Of a stretch of DNA of 64,000 nt, positions 1 to 11,844 are shown one piece after another. The translations under genes were made by a program, and so were the position numbers. The notes under the pieces are model-generated. The model worked only from the letters and a program-made list of their open reading frames with translations, did no database searches and was not told where the DNA came from. Position 1 is the first letter of the stretch. Every line of letters begins with the position of its first letter. The DNA lies in NCBI GenBank assembly GCA_965237675.1, contig OZ250150.1:1344001-1408000 (forward strand), read 5' to 3'. Origin of the DNA: Candidatus Latescibacterota bacterium. GTDB lineage: Bacteria; Latescibacterota; UBA2968; GCA-2709665.

Positions 1-1
1 T

Positions 2-1279
2 CTGGCGGATTCGACCTCTCTCGTGTTTCTACTTGTCCTGGCTCTGATTGTAGGCATCGTCGCCGGTGGTTACCCGGCAATATTCATGTCCGGATTCCTT
101 CCCGTCGACGCGTTAAAAGGGCGGTACAAGGTGGATCGAATGGGCTTTTTCAGCCGTGCGCTCGTGGCATTCCAACTGACCATCTCCACGTCATTGGTGA
201 CATGCATGACCATAGCGTCCATACAGATGAACATGCTGAAATCAAAACCGCTTGGTTTCGAGCCCAGCCATGTCGTCGTCGTTCGGCTATTCGGGATATC
301 CCAGAGAATGGACTTGGCCAAAGCGTTCGAGACGGCCATCCGGCCATACCATTCCGTCTTGAATACTACGAGAACAGCACACGGATTCAGCAGTTTAATG
401 CGAAGTAGTTCTCACATCAGTTGGAAGGGGACGACACTGAAAGGTGTTGAGAGCATTTTCTGTGATACGCGTTTCCTCGAAACAATGAGTATAGGGCTAA
501 TGGAGGGTCGAAATTTCGAGCTAGATAGCGACGCGGAGACATCGGTAATTGTAAACGAATCTCTCGCCAGGAGACTTGGATGGGAAGCGCCTATCGGCGA
601 GACGATTCGACTTGGCAGGAAGGAACAGACGGTTATCGGTGTCGTCCGGGATTTTCATTTCCGGTCCCTTCACCACGCCATCGGCCCCGCGGTGTTGCAA
701 TTGCAGGCGACCTCGTCGTCCGCCCGGCCCCGGGCGGACTTCAGATTCCTGCTCATGATTCGGATTCGCCCGGACAATGTCCACGACACACTTGATTACC
801 TGAGAGAGAAGTGGGTTGAAATCGTACCGGATGTTCCGTTTAACCATAATTTCCTGGATGAGGAAATAGAACGACAATACCGGGAGGAACGACGGTGGTT
901 CAGAATCGCGGGCTACGCGACTTTCTTTGCCGTATTCATTGCATGCATGGGCGCATTCGGGCTGACGTCGCTCACCGTCGCCAGGCGAACCAAAGAAATC
1001 GGGATTCGGAAAATCCTTGGCGCGCCGACATCACGTATCGTGTCTTTGCTGACCCGGGAATATGTGATCCTGGTCGCAATCGCCGGTCTGATTGCATGGC
1101 CGGCGACCTACGTCGCGGCGGAGCACTGGCTGCGAGATTTCGCGTATCGCGTGGATCCCGGGATAGGCACCTTTCTGCTGGGAGGCCTGCTCATGCTTCT
1201 CGTGGTGCTTCTGGCGGTAAGCCTGCAGGTCGCCCGTGCCGTCCGTTCGAATCCCGTGGACGCGCTGCGGTATGAGTGA
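2..1279 (+). CDS. MacB/FtsX-family duplicated ABC permease (permease 1), 5'-truncated by the window edge
   Basis: Frame is open from base 2. Contains GGYPA, VIGVVRDFHFRSLH, RRTKEIGIRKILGA and the C-terminal NPVDALRYE motif shared with its paralogs here. Confidence 0.93.
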   Translation: MADSTSLVFLLVLALIVGIVAGGYPAIFMSGFLPVDALKGRYKVDRMGFFSRALVAFQLTISTSLVTCMTIASIQMNMLKSKPLGFEPSHVVVVRLFGISQRMDLAKAFETAIRPYHSVLNTTRTAHGFSSLMRSSSHISWKGTTLKGVESIFCDTRFLETMSIGLMEGRNFELDSDAETSVIVNESLARRLGWEAPIGETIRLGRKEQTVIGVVRDFHFRSLHHAIGPAVLQLQATSSSARPRADFRFLLMIRIRPDNVHDTLDYLREKWVEIVPDVPFNHNFLDEEIERQYREERRWFRIAGYATFFAVFIACMGAFGLTSLTVARRTKEIGIRKILGAPTSRIVSLLTREYVILVAIAGLIAWPATYVAAEHWLRDFAYRVDPGIGTFLLGGLLMLLVVLLAVSLQVARAVRSNPVDALRYE

Positions 1280-1280
1280 T

Positions 1281-1310
1281 GGCGGGCAGACAGAAATGTC
1301 TGCCCCACCT
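1281..1310. repeat. Short palindromic REP-like element (GGGCAGACA-GAAA-TGTCTGCCC); second copy at ~10512-10540
   Basis: Perfect 9-bp inverted repeat directly after a permease stop codon; a near-identical copy follows the stop at 10510. Confidence 0.7.
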
Positions 1311-1321
1311 TCACGCCCGCC

Positions 1322-1604
1322 TGTCATTCTGAGCGGAGTCGAAGAATCTCCCGTCTGCTCGATTGTCCTTAGGCCGGAAACCCACGGTAACACATTTGCG
1401 CGGAGACATCCTCAGCCTGATGGCATCCTCAGCATGACAATCTTGGCCAACGAATGGCGGATGCATTACCCTGATTGTTATTAGATAGCATGTCATTCTG
1501 AGCGAAGTCGAAGAATCTCCCGTCTTTTCGGTTGTCCTTAGGCCGGAAACCCACGGTAACACATTTGCGCGGAGACATCCTCAGCCAGACGGCTTCCTCA
1601 GCAT
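1322..1604. repeat. Two tandem copies (~1322-1439 and ~1491-1604) of a TGTCATTCTGAGCG(G/A)AGTCGAAGAATCTC...CTCAGCATGAC REP-like element
   Basis: Terminal inverted repeats GTCATTCTGAG / CTCAGCATGAC with near-identical interiors; further copies at ~10619, ~10827 and ~14704. Confidence 0.85.
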
Positions 1605-2934
1605 GGCCGTGCAGGCGCAGGGCGGGCTGGGCCTGGCGAAGCCGCGCCACGGAAGACGCAGGAGGTCGCCCTACATGATCGCAAACTACCTGAAAGTCGC
1701 CATACGCAACCTGATGAGGAACAAGACCTTTTCGGCGATCAACATCCTTGGTCTTGCAATCGGAATCGCGTGCTGCATCCTCATTTTACTCTATGTTCAG
1801 GATGAACTGAGCTATGACCGACACCATAAAAACGCGGATCGAATTTTCCGGCTTGCCGATGAGGTTCGCGTGAGTGGGAAGACGCTTCGTATTCCGATGA
1901 CGTCGTTCCAGATGGGTCCGGCTCTCGTGCAAGATTATCCTACGGTGTTAGATGCTGTCCGGTTTCACAGATTTGATGAAAAATTGCTGGTCGGAAACCG
2001 CCTAAATCAATCCTATGAGCGCGGTGTGTTGTTTGCGGATGCCAATGTATTCCGGGTATTCGATTTTCCCCTGAGCAAGGGAAATCCTCAGACAGCACTA
2101 AAGGAGCCCAAATCTATTATCCCTACGGAAGCGATGGCGCGAAAATACTTCGGGGACGACGATCCGATGGGACGGATCCTTTCGGTGGGCGGGAAGACGT
2201 ATAACATCACCGGTATCCTGGAGGGCGGTTCCTACAATACCCATCTGCGGTTCGATTTTCTGGCGTCGCCCGTTGAGCGTAACGATTGGATCTCTCGCGA
2301 TTATTACACCTATCTGCTCCTTCAGGACAAACACGCTGCCGACGAGTTAGAATTGCGTTTACCTGAATTTATCGACAGACACATTGGGAAAGTACTCAAG
2401 GCGGGAGGTATGCAGCTGAAGCCCTTTCTCCAGCCATTAACAGATATTCATTTGTATTCCGGTTTGGAATGGGAAGTCAGTCCAAACGGGGATATTCGAT
2501 ACATCTATCTCTTCCTCGTTATCGCCTTTTTCGTTTTGCTGCTTGCCTGCATCAACTTTATGAACCTCTCGACCGCGCGCTCCGTGTACCGGTCAAAGGA
2601 GATCGGCATACGGAAAGCGGCCGGCGCAAAACGGCCGCAATTGATGTGTCAGTTTTTAGGCGAGTCGACTTTGGTAGCTTCAATCGCCATAATTATCGCC
2701 GTTGCGCTGGTCGAAATTTCGCTGCCCTCGTTTAGAGCCATTGTAGAACGCGACCTGGTTTTAGATGTTCTGAGAAGTGGGGACGTTTTGTTGGTTCTGG
2801 TTGGCATTGTTCTGATTGCGGGGGCGCTCTCCGGAAGTTATCCCGCCCTGTTCCTCACTGCCTTTCAACCAGTCGCCGCGTTAAAAGGCGTTACGGATGC
2901 CAGTCTGAAAAAACCGTGGACGCAAAAGACGCTA

Positions 2935-4115
2935 GTGTTTTGTCCCTAAAGTAACTTGACTATTTATTGAGCCTGTCCTATGTTCTCTCTACACGCTTCT
3001 TACACCCATCGGGAAAGGAGAGAACCATGGGACGCGGTCGTCCTCGGAAGCCCATTGTGTTGTCTGGCCAGGTCCGTGAGGAACTCAACTCACTTTCAAC
3101 CTCTCGTACGTTGTCGCATGGTCTCGTGCGACGTGCCAAGATCGTCTTGATGAGCGTCGAAGGTCTCAGTAACCGGGTGATTGCCCAAAAAGTCGGGCTG
3201 AGCCAGCAGAGCGTCATCACCTGGCGTAACCGCTTTCTCCAGCAAGGATTAATGGGTCTGTATGATGAACGCCGTTCGGGCAGACCACGCACGGTTGAGG
3301 CCGAAGACATCACCGCACTGATCCGCAAGACGCTGACCACAAAACCCGAAGACGGCAGCACCCATTGGACGTGTCGTTCCATCGCTGCCGAAACGAAGAT
3401 ATCCAAATCCGAGGTGCAACGTATCTGGTCCACATTGGGGATTGCGCCACACCGTCAGAAGCACTTCAAGCTATCTAACGATCCCTTCTTCACAGAAAAA
3501 GTCCACGACATCGTCGGTCTGTATCTGGACCCACCGGATTCTGCGATAGTGCTTTGTGTCGACGAGAAAAGCCAGACGCAGGCGTTGGAGCGTACCCAGC
3601 CGCTTTTGCCGATGGGGCTGGGATATGTGGAGGGCGTGACGCACGATTACCGCCGCCACGGCACCACGACGTTGTTCGCTGCCCTGGACATTGCCTCGGG
3701 CGAGGTGTTGACGCAATGCAAGCGCAGGCACCGCCACCAGGAGTTTTTGCAGTTTCTCAACCACATCGACCAAAACGTCCCTGATGATCTCGATGTGCAT
3801 TTGATCGTCGACAACTATTGTACGCACAAACACACCAAAGTGAAACGATGGCTTTCACAAAGACCCAGATACCACGTTCACTTTACACCGACCTACGCAT
3901 CCTGGCTCAACCAGGTCGAGATCTGGTTCAATATCATCACTCAGAAGGCCATCAGGCGCGGCTCCTTCAGATCTGTCAATGAACTTATCGACAGAATACA
4001 AACCTTCACCGACAACTACAACGACACGTCGAAGCCTTTCCTCTGGACCGCCACCGCACAATCGATCATCCAAAAAGTCGAACGATTTTGTAAAGCTATT
4101 TCTGGGACGGGACAC
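2935..4115 (+). mobile_element. IS630-family insertion sequence (single-ORF type)
   Basis: TA duplication at 2933-2934 and 4116-4117 within a CTAG target. Imperfect TIRs: GTGTTTTGTCCCTAAAGTAACTTGAC versus reverse complement GTGTCCCGTCCCAGAAATAGCTTTAC. Confidence 0.93.
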
Positions 4116-4118
4116 TAG
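3027..4118 (+). CDS. IS630-family DDE transposase
   Basis: N-terminal HTH, then [20 protein letters not shown] and [17 protein letters not shown] motifs; AAGGAG RBS. Confidence 0.95.
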   Translation: MGRGRPRKPIVLSGQVREELNSLSTSRTLSHGLVRRAKIVLMSVEGLSNRVIAQKVGLSQQSVITWRNRFLQQGLMGLYDERRSGRPRTVEAEDITALIRKTLTTKPEDGSTHWTCRSIAAETKISKSEVQRIWSTLGIAPHRQKHFKLSNDPFFTEKVHDIVGLYLDPPDSAIVLCVDEKSQTQALERTQPLLPMGLGYVEGVTHDYRRHGTTTLFAALDIASGEVLTQCKRRHRHQEFLQFLNHIDQNVPDDLDVHLIVDNYCTHKHTKVKRWLSQRPRYHVHFTPTYASWLNQVEIWFNIITQKAIRRGSFRSVNELIDRIQTFTDNYNDTSKPFLWTATAQSIIQKVERFCKAISGTGH

Positions 4119-5340
4119 GCGTAGTTCAATTTACCATCTCCATTGTTCTTGTGATTGGGACCGGCGTGGTATATGACCAGGCGGGTTTTATTCGCAACAA
4201 GCGCCTTGGATTTCAAAAGGAACAGGTAGTTGTAATGCCGGCCGTCAGTCGCCAGGCAATGAAGCGATATGGAGACATGGTATCGACACACAGCGCCGTA
4301 TTAAACGTATCCGCATCGTCGACCGTGCCGGGCCGAGAAATCGCCAGTCATTTTTTCCGACCCCTCATGGACGACGGACACAATGACGTACTGGTGATGA
4401 ATGTAATGTTTGTAGACCATGAATTTATCGAGGCGTTTGGTATTGAAGTTGCAGATGGAAGGGCTTTTTCGGAGGATTTCGAAAGCGATCGACACGGGAC
4501 ATTTATGCTAAATCAAGCGGCCATGCAAAAATTGGGGTGGGCTTCCAGTGAGGATAAAGACTTCGCGCATGTCTATAATGAATCTGGTGAAATTAAAGTG
4601 AACGTTCAGGGAGACGTGGTGGGGGTTGTAAGGGACTTTCATTATAAATCTCTCCATCATGAAATCGAGCCGCTTGTGATCATGTTGGTAGACGGTGCAT
4701 GGACAAATTACCTGTCGATCCGGATACGCCCGGATGATGTTGCCGTCACACTGGATTTTCTCAAAACCCAGTGGCGCGAGGCCGTACCGAATACGCCGTT
4801 TGAATATTCCTTTCTGGATACGTCATTCGACCGGCTATACCGGACGGAAGCTCGGTTGGGGATGCTATTCGGCAGTTTCTCCGTCCTGGCGATTGTTGTG
4901 GCAGGTCTTGGTTTGTTTGGCCTGGCGTCCATTAGCGTCCAACAGCGTACCAAGGAAATCGGTGTCCGAAAGGCGGTGGGGGCATCTGTTTCCAGTATTG
5001 TTTTGCTCTTGTCCAAAGAATATGTCCTGCTTGTGGGGGCTGCCAATTTGATCGCCTGGCCAGTCGCCTACTATGCGATGAACCGGTGGCTGGAGAATTT
5101 CGCATACCGGGTTGATCCGGCGATCTCGACGTTTGTTCTCGGTGGCCTTCTGGCGTTGTGCATAGCGCTTTTCACCGTGAGCTACGACACCTGTAAAGCA
5201 GCCGGGGCGAATCCCGTGGACGCGATGCGGTATGAGTAGAAGCACCGAGGTTACCGGGAGACGTTAGACCTTACAGTAAGACTTCAACGCAAAGTGCGTG
5301 CATGTCAATTCACGCTGCTTGCATACGGTCAGGCGTTGAA

Positions 5341-5430
5341 CTCCCCCCACCGCATCAGCCGTCGCCGACCCTTCGACAGGCTCAGGGGACCGGCTCGGCT
5401 TCTGCGACTCCCCTTCAAGGGGGGAGTGAT
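5341..5430. repeat. Composite palindromic repeat (CCCCCCACCGC...ACTCCCCTTCAAGGGGGGAGT) with a nested CCCTTCGACAGGCTCAGGG unit
   Basis: Visible hairpin ACTCCCC/GGGGAGT; the nested unit recurs at ~50506-50666, ~59723 and ~8020. Confidence 0.65.
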
Positions 5431-5579
5431 CCGAGCGCCAAACGGGCTCCCGTTCAGTTCCACCCATTTGGTTGCGGCTGAACAACGCCAATCCGCGATA
5501 GGCGTAAGTTTACGGGAAGTTTGAAGGCGACGGACGAAGAACGGTTCCTTGAAGAATCCAATCCGCGAGGAGTCGATTG

Positions 5580-7952
5580 ATGTTCTGGAATTATCTCAAG
5601 GTAGCCTGGCGGAATCTGCTGCGGCATCCGCTTTATGCCGCGATCAACGTGGTGGGTCTGGCCGTCGGGCTTGCGTGTTGTCTGTTGGTTCTGATACTCG
5701 TATTGGACGAAGTCAGCTACGACAAGTTTCACGAAAAGGCGGACAGAATCTATCGCGTCCTCTGGGACGGGCAGTTCGGGGACAACGCATGGACTACGCC
5801 ATTGAGTCCTGTTCCGGTGGCTGAAGCGCTGTCCAGCTTTCCTGATGTGGAGCGCACGGTACGCATGCGTCGGGAACGGCGCACGCTTCGGGCCGGACAA
5901 ACGCGCACAAACGAGTCCGGCTTTTTTTACGTGGAGACGGGCTTCTTCGACGTGTTTACCGTGCGTTTTATAGCAGGAGATCGGGTGACCGCGCTTCGGG
6001 ACCCCGATTCTGTTTTGATTACCGAACAGACGGCGCGGCGATACTTCCGGGGTCAGGACCCACTGGGACAGCCGTTGAACCTGGCCGACGGTTCGACGTT
6101 GCGGGTCACGGGCGTGGTGCGAGAGTTTCCTCAGCAGTCCCATTTTAAATTCGACTTTCTTGCACCATTGTGGACGCTTCCCATAGTAGAGCAACGCAAG
6201 ACGCAATGGGGATCGGCTACCACTTATACATATGTCGTTTTGAGGGACCAAACCAACGCTTCCGATGTGGAAACGAAACTCCGCGAGTACGTCAAACGTC
6301 GAGGGCTGGCGGCAAGCGCTACCCGATCAGGGGGTTACAGCCGGTTCCGTTTGCAACCGATGACGCAAATTCACCTGCGCTCACACCACAATTACGAACT
6401 CGAGCAGAATGGCGACATTGTGCAGGTTTATATCTTCAGCCTGGTTGCCGTACTTGTTCTGTTCCTGGCGTGCGTGAATTTCGTGAATCTGCACACGGCG
6501 TTGTCAACCAGCCGGACTCGGGAAATAGGTATTCGAAAGGTGCTGGGTTCCCGACGCGGGCGACTTGTCCGCCAGTTTCTCATCGAGTCGTCAATGCATT
6601 TTGTTCTGGCGCTCGTTCTGGCACTGGGGCTCAGCGAATTGGTGTTACCCCAACTGGTGAACCTCACCGGAAAACATTTGTCGATGAGTAGCCTGAGTTC
6701 TCCGTCGGTCGTTCTGGCGTTGAGCGTAGTATTCGTGGTAGTAGCCGCACTGGCCGGCACATATCCTGCACTCTTGCTGTCGTCCTTTCGGCCTGCGGAC
6801 GTGTTTACAGGGCGAATTGCGGCGGGCCTCGGCGGTAAGCGGTTGCGTAATGGGCTCGTTGTGGCGCAATTCTCCATCTCGATCGGAATGCTCATCGGGG
6901 TTTTGGTGATTCGTGACCAACTTCGTTATTTGCAGGATAAACCACTTGGTTTCGACAGAGAAAACGTACTTGTGGTTCACGGGGCCAGGAGTCTTGGGCG
7001 GCAGTCCGACGTATTCCGGGAACAACTCGAAGCGCTTGCCCCGGTGGTCGCGGCCTCAGTTACCCAAAGCGTTCCCGGCAAAGACTTCGACTCTACGTTG
7101 TTCCAGCCCGAACAACCTGCCAACTACGAAGAGACCTCGCTCACCTACGCGACAGTTGATGAGCATTTTGTGGAAGCCGCGGGGCTGGAGGTCATTCAGG
7201 GCCGGAATTTCGATCCTGCAGAATTCCCTTCGGACTCCACGGCGTACCTGATCAACCGATCCGCCGCCTCGATACTCGGGTGGGACGACCCGGTTGGAAG
7301 GCGCATGACGTTTGCGGGCCGTGAAGGAAAAGTTATTGGAGTGGTCAAGGACTTCCATTACCAGTCACTCCGGTACCGGATCGAACCACTGGTGCTTCCT
7401 TTTCTCCGCTGGGGCCGTTCTTATGTCGTCGTGCGGTTGCATCCCGGCAGCGTGGCCGATGCTGTATCATCGGTGCGAGGCTTGTGGGAGGAATTCGCAC
7501 CCGATCAGCCATTCGAATATACCTTTCTGGATAGCGACTATCTCCGGCTCTACGAAAACGAACAACGGATGATTCTTGTAGTGCAGATATTCTCCGGCCT
7601 CGCGATTTTCATCGCCTGCCTTGGTCTCCTGGCGCTGGCTTCCTTCGCGGCTGGAAAGCGGAAAACAGAGATCGGCATTCGTAAGGTGCTGGGGGCCACA
7701 GTGGCGAGCATTGTGTTCCTGCTGTCCAGGGACTTTGCGCGGCACGTGCTGATCGCATTTGTTTTCACGTCGCCAATCGCGTATTACGTCCTGTCTCGGT
7801 GGCTGCAAGATTTTGCCTATCGCTCGGACATCGAATGGTGGATGTTTGCGGTCTCCGGGGGCCTGGCGATGGGTATTGCACTCTTGACCGTCAGCGGACA
7901 GGCGGTCCGGGCCGCGACGGCCAACCCTGTGGAAGCACTGCGCAGCGAATAA
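5580..7952 (+). CDS. Duplicated ABC permease (permease 3), intact
   Basis: About 790 aa with two MacB-PCD + FtsX units (REIGIRKVLGS, EIGIRKVLGA); ends NPVEALRSE; GAGGAG RBS. Confidence 0.95.
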   Translation: MFWNYLKVAWRNLLRHPLYAAINVVGLAVGLACCLLVLILVLDEVSYDKFHEKADRIYRVLWDGQFGDNAWTTPLSPVPVAEALSSFPDVERTVRMRRERRTLRAGQTRTNESGFFYVETGFFDVFTVRFIAGDRVTALRDPDSVLITEQTARRYFRGQDPLGQPLNLADGSTLRVTGVVREFPQQSHFKFDFLAPLWTLPIVEQRKTQWGSATTYTYVVLRDQTNASDVETKLREYVKRRGLAASATRSGGYSRFRLQPMTQIHLRSHHNYELEQNGDIVQVYIFSLVAVLVLFLACVNFVNLHTALSTSRTREIGIRKVLGSRRGRLVRQFLIESSMHFVLALVLALGLSELVLPQLVNLTGKHLSMSSLSSPSVVLALSVVFVVVAALAGTYPALLLSSFRPADVFTGRIAAGLGGKRLRNGLVVAQFSISIGMLIGVLVIRDQLRYLQDKPLGFDRENVLVVHGARSLGRQSDVFREQLEALAPVVAASVTQSVPGKDFDSTLFQPEQPANYEETSLTYATVDEHFVEAAGLEVIQGRNFDPAEFPSDSTAYLINRSAASILGWDDPVGRRMTFAGREGKVIGVVKDFHYQSLRYRIEPLVLPFLRWGRSYVVVRLHPGSVADAVSSVRGLWEEFAPDQPFEYTFLDSDYLRLYENEQRMILVVQIFSGLAIFIACLGLLALASFAAGKRKTEIGIRKVLGATVASIVFLLSRDFARHVLIAFVFTSPIAYYVLSRWLQDFAYRSDIEWWMFAVSGGLAMGIALLTVSGQAVRAATANPVEALRSE

Positions 7953-8125
7953 TGTGAAACCTGGTCGCCGAATAGGGTGGGAGCCCTGAACGCTTCAAGC
8001 GATCGACCGGTCAACATGACCCTCGATCAACTCAGGGGCTTCCCGCCCGTGAAATTGCCGTTTAGTGGTTTTGCGCGAGGACGATACGCGACTGAATTCG
8101 CTGAAGACGCCCGGTGCGAGTTGAC

Positions 8126-10510
8126 ATGATCGCAAACTACCTGAAAGTCGCCATTCGCAACCTGATGAGGAACAAGGTATTTTCGGCGATCAATATCCTT
8201 GGTCTTGCAATCGGCATGGCCTGCTGCATGCTTATTCTTCTGTACGCTCTGGATGAACTCAGCTATGACCAACACCATAACAATGCGCACCGGATCTACC
8301 GGCTTGCCGAAGAGATACAATCGGGAGGGGTGCCCCGTCGGTTCGCCATTACATCGTTCCCGATGGGTTCAACTCTCGTTCAAGAATTTCCGTCAGTAGA
8401 AGATGCGGTCAGATTTCTCCGGAAAGATGAAAAGACGCTTGTTGCAAATGAGCAGCGTCATTTCTACGAAAGAGGCGTCCTGTTCGTGGATGCGAACGTC
8501 TTCCAGGTCTTCAATTTTCCCCTGAGCAAGGGAGATCCTCAAACCGCACTCCTGGAACCAAATTCCATTGTCTTGACGGAAGCGATGGCTCGGAAATATT
8601 TCGGCGACGAGGATCCGATGGGGCGGACGCTTTCGGTGGGCGGCAATACGTATAAGATTACGGGTGTGTTGAAGAACTCCAAACACAGATCGCATTTGCG
8701 GTTCGACTTTCTGGCATCGCTAAACATCAGCAAGGGTTGGCTTAGCATGGACTTTTATACCTATCTGCTCTTGCATGCCACGCAGGCTGCCGACGAGGTC
8801 GAAACGAAGTTGCCGGATTTTATCGAAAGACACATCGGAGCAGAAATGGAAGCTGCGGGTATACATTTGAAACTCTTTCTGCAGCCCTTGACCGATATTC
8901 ATTTGCATTCCAGCATGGAATTTGAAATCAGTCCCAACGGGGATATCCGGTATGTCTATCTCTTTCTGGTTATCGCGTTTATTGTTTTGCTGCTTGCCTG
9001 TATGAATTTTATAAACCTATCGACCGCCCGCTCGGTGTACCGCGCAAAGGAGATTGGTTTGCGAAAAGTGGTCGGGGCAAAACGCGGAGAGCTGATCGGT
9101 CAATTTTTGGGCGAATCGATGTTCCTGGCTTCATTGGCCGTTATTTTTACCGTTGTGGCGGTCGAGATCCTGCTGCCCTCATTTAAGGGCTTTGTCGAAC
9201 GCGACCTGTTTTTTGATTATTTGAAAAGCCGGGACGTTTTGTTGCTCTTGATCGGCATTGCGCTATTTACGGGCGTACTATCCGGGAGCTATCCCGCCCT
9301 TTTTCTCTCGGCGCTTAACCCGGTCGTGGCATTAAAAGGGTTGGTGGACGCGGGTTCGAAGAAATCTGCTATGCGAAAGACGCTTATTATTGTCCAATTC
9401 GCAATATCCGTCATTCTGGTCATTGGGACCGGTTTGGTCTATGACCAGGCCGAATATATTCGAAACAGGCGCCTTGGATTTCGGAAGGAACATATCGTTG
9501 TCATGCCGAACGGCGGTGGAGAGCCGGAGCGACGCTACCGAAATAAAGTGTCGGCACACAGCGCCGTACTGAATGTAACAGCCTCTTCGACTGTACCAGG
9601 CGGAGGGATGTCCGCTAATGTCTTTTACCCCCTCACGGATGGTACATACAAAGATGCTGTGCTGATGAATGTGTTTTATGTGGATCACGGGTTTATCGAG
9701 ACGTTTGGTATTGAAGTATTGGAGGGGAGGGCATTATCGGATGACGTTGCAAGCGATCGCAAGGGGGCCTTTATGCTGAATCAAGCAGCGATGAGTAAAC
9801 TGGGGTGGACTTCCTGTGCGAATAGACAGTTTGGAATGGACGTCCATGGAGAAGGTGCTGAAATGAGAGCGGGACTCCAGGGAGACGTTGTGGGGGTTGT
9901 AACGGACTTTCATTACAAGTCTCTCCATCATGAGATTGAACCGCTGGTGATCATGATGGGCGGGGGGTGGACAAGAGACTACCTTTCCATCCGGATACGG
10001 CCGGACGACGTTGCCGGCACGCTGGATTTTCTCAGAAACCAGTGGCGCGAGGCCGTACCGAATACGCCGTTTGAATATTCCTTTCTGGATACGTCATTCG
10101 ACCGGCTATACCGGACGGAAGCTCGGTTGGGGATGCTATTCGGCAGTTTCTCCGTCCTGGCGATTGTCGTGGCAGGTCTTGGTTTGTTTGGCCTGGCGTC
10201 TATCAGCGTGCAACAACGTACCAAGGAAATCGGTGTCCGAAAGGCGGTGGGGGCATCTGTTTCCAGTATCGTTTTGCTCTTGTCCAAAGAATATGTCCTG
10301 CTTGTGGGGGCTGCCAATCTCGTCGCCTGGCCGATCGCCTACTATGCGATGAACCGGTGGCTGGAGAATTTCGCATATCGGGTTGATCCGGAGATCTCGA
10401 CTTTTGTGTTAGGGGGATTGCTGTCGTTGTGCATTGCGCTTCTCACCGTGAGCTATGAGACGTGCAAAGCAGCTCGGGCGAATCCCGTGGACGCGTTGCG
10501 CTATGAGTGA
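8126..10510 (+). CDS. Duplicated ABC permease (permease 4), intact; closest paralog of permease 2
   Basis: About 794 aa, MIANYLKVAIRNL...NPVDALRYE; its 3' block is near-identical to that of permease 2. Confidence 0.95.
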   Translation: MIANYLKVAIRNLMRNKVFSAINILGLAIGMACCMLILLYALDELSYDQHHNNAHRIYRLAEEIQSGGVPRRFAITSFPMGSTLVQEFPSVEDAVRFLRKDEKTLVANEQRHFYERGVLFVDANVFQVFNFPLSKGDPQTALLEPNSIVLTEAMARKYFGDEDPMGRTLSVGGNTYKITGVLKNSKHRSHLRFDFLASLNISKGWLSMDFYTYLLLHATQAADEVETKLPDFIERHIGAEMEAAGIHLKLFLQPLTDIHLHSSMEFEISPNGDIRYVYLFLVIAFIVLLLACMNFINLSTARSVYRAKEIGLRKVVGAKRGELIGQFLGESMFLASLAVIFTVVAVEILLPSFKGFVERDLFFDYLKSRDVLLLLIGIALFTGVLSGSYPALFLSALNPVVALKGLVDAGSKKSAMRKTLIIVQFAISVILVIGTGLVYDQAEYIRNRRLGFRKEHIVVMPNGGGEPERRYRNKVSAHSAVLNVTASSTVPGGGMSANVFYPLTDGTYKDAVLMNVFYVDHGFIETFGIEVLEGRALSDDVASDRKGAFMLNQAAMSKLGWTSCANRQFGMDVHGEGAEMRAGLQGDVVGVVTDFHYKSLHHEIEPLVIMMGGGWTRDYLSIRIRPDDVAGTLDFLRNQWREAVPNTPFEYSFLDTSFDRLYRTEARLGMLFGSFSVLAIVVAGLGLFGLASISVQQRTKEIGVRKAVGASVSSIVLLLSKEYVLLVGAANLVAWPIAYYAMNRWLENFAYRVDPEISTFVLGGLLSLCIALLTVSYETCKAARANPVDALRYE

Positions 10511-10511
10511 T

Positions 10512-10944
10512 GGCGGGCAGACAGGAATGTCCGCCCCACCTTCACATCGGCTTCCTCAGCATGACAGTTCGGGCGAGTGGGTGACGAAGACGTTTTGCCG
10601 ATGATGATAGGCTGATCTGCCATTCTGAGCGAAGTCGAAGAATCTCCCGTCTACTGCCGTTCCACGCAGGAGGCGGCCGTGCTGCCTCTCAGGTATTGAC
10701 ACGTGCAAATCGCGTGGGGATGATCCAATGCCGCAGTAGATCCTTCGTCTGCCTGGCGGCTTCCTCAGGATGACAGTTTGTACCGACACTTGACCGACAG
10801 TTTTCGTCAACGGTTATTGCAAAGCATGTCATTCTGAGCGGAGTCGAAGAATCTCCCGTCTACTCGATTGTTCGAAAGGCAGATACCCACGTAAACACAT
10901 TGGCGCGGATACATCATCAGCCGTTCGGCCTCCTCAGCATGACA
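10512..10944. repeat. Cluster of REP-like elements (GGGCAGACAGGAATGTCCGCCC, plus two GTCATTCTGAGCG-type units at ~10619-10776 and ~10827-10944)
   Basis: Same termini as the repeats at 1281-1604. Confidence 0.8.
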
Positions 10945-11844
10945 GTGGGGCGCACGAATAGCGGATCCGTATCGCGGCTGATTCGCCGGCGCGATACAAA
11001 GAACGGTCCTTGAAGAATCCAATCCGCGAGGAGTCGGTCGATGTTCTGGAATTATCTCAAGGTGGCTTATCGGAATCTGCTGCGGCACTGGCTTTATGCC
11101 ACGATCAACGTGGTGGGATTGGGCATCGCGATTGCGTTCTGTCTGCTCGCGTTCCTGTATGTGCGTCACGAGTGGACCTACGATGCGTTTCACGAAAACG
11201 CGGATCGGATTTACAGGGTCTACACGGAAAACGATCGAGGACGAAGGTCTGCAAGCGCTCCGGCCGCATTGGGGCCGGCGTTGGCGGAGGCGCTTCCGGA
11301 TGTTCGCATCGTGCGAATTGATTTTGATTGGAAATACCGATTCATTCAACACCGAGGTACGAAGATAGCGGAAACGATATACGTTGCAGATCCCGACATA
11401 TTCGAAGTGTTCTCCTTTCCGCTTCTGAAAGGGGACCCGGCAACGGCACTTAAGGATCCGCAGAGTGTCGTCATTACCGAAAACATGGCCGAAAAGCATT
11501 TCCCGGGTGAAGACCCGATTGGGAAAACGCTATCAATCCGGACTGATCGTGACGCGATATCCGGAAGCCTGGATTTAACGGTTACCGGATTAGTTGAGCG
11601 GATTCCCAAGAATTCGAGTATTCAATTCGGATTTCTTTCCAGGCTCGATCTTGTGGGCAATGAACCTCGTAGGAGACGCAGTTTTTTTAAGACCTATTTA
11701 TTGCTGCCAGACGACGTGAGCCCCTCCGAAGTCGAGCGGCGGTTGAAAGATCTTGTGTCGACATGGCCCAAAAGCCCAATATGGGAGAAATTGAAACTGC
11801 AGCCGCTTAGCGACATTCACTTCGATTCCAGGGGCGTCGGACTA

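Larger units (their letters stand above)
1675..5239 (+). pseudogene. Duplicated ABC permease (permease 2) interrupted by IS630
   Basis: MIANYLKVAIRNL start behind a GGAGG RBS. Removing 2935-4115 plus one TA restores [19 protein letters not shown] in frame, matching the paralog at 8126-10510 (KTLIIVQFAISVILVIGTG). Confidence 0.92.

Noticed and set aside
1236-1650. Short ORFs containing VILSGVEES / RFFDSAQND
   Set aside because: These are translations of the GTCATTCTGAGCG palindromic repeats, not genes.
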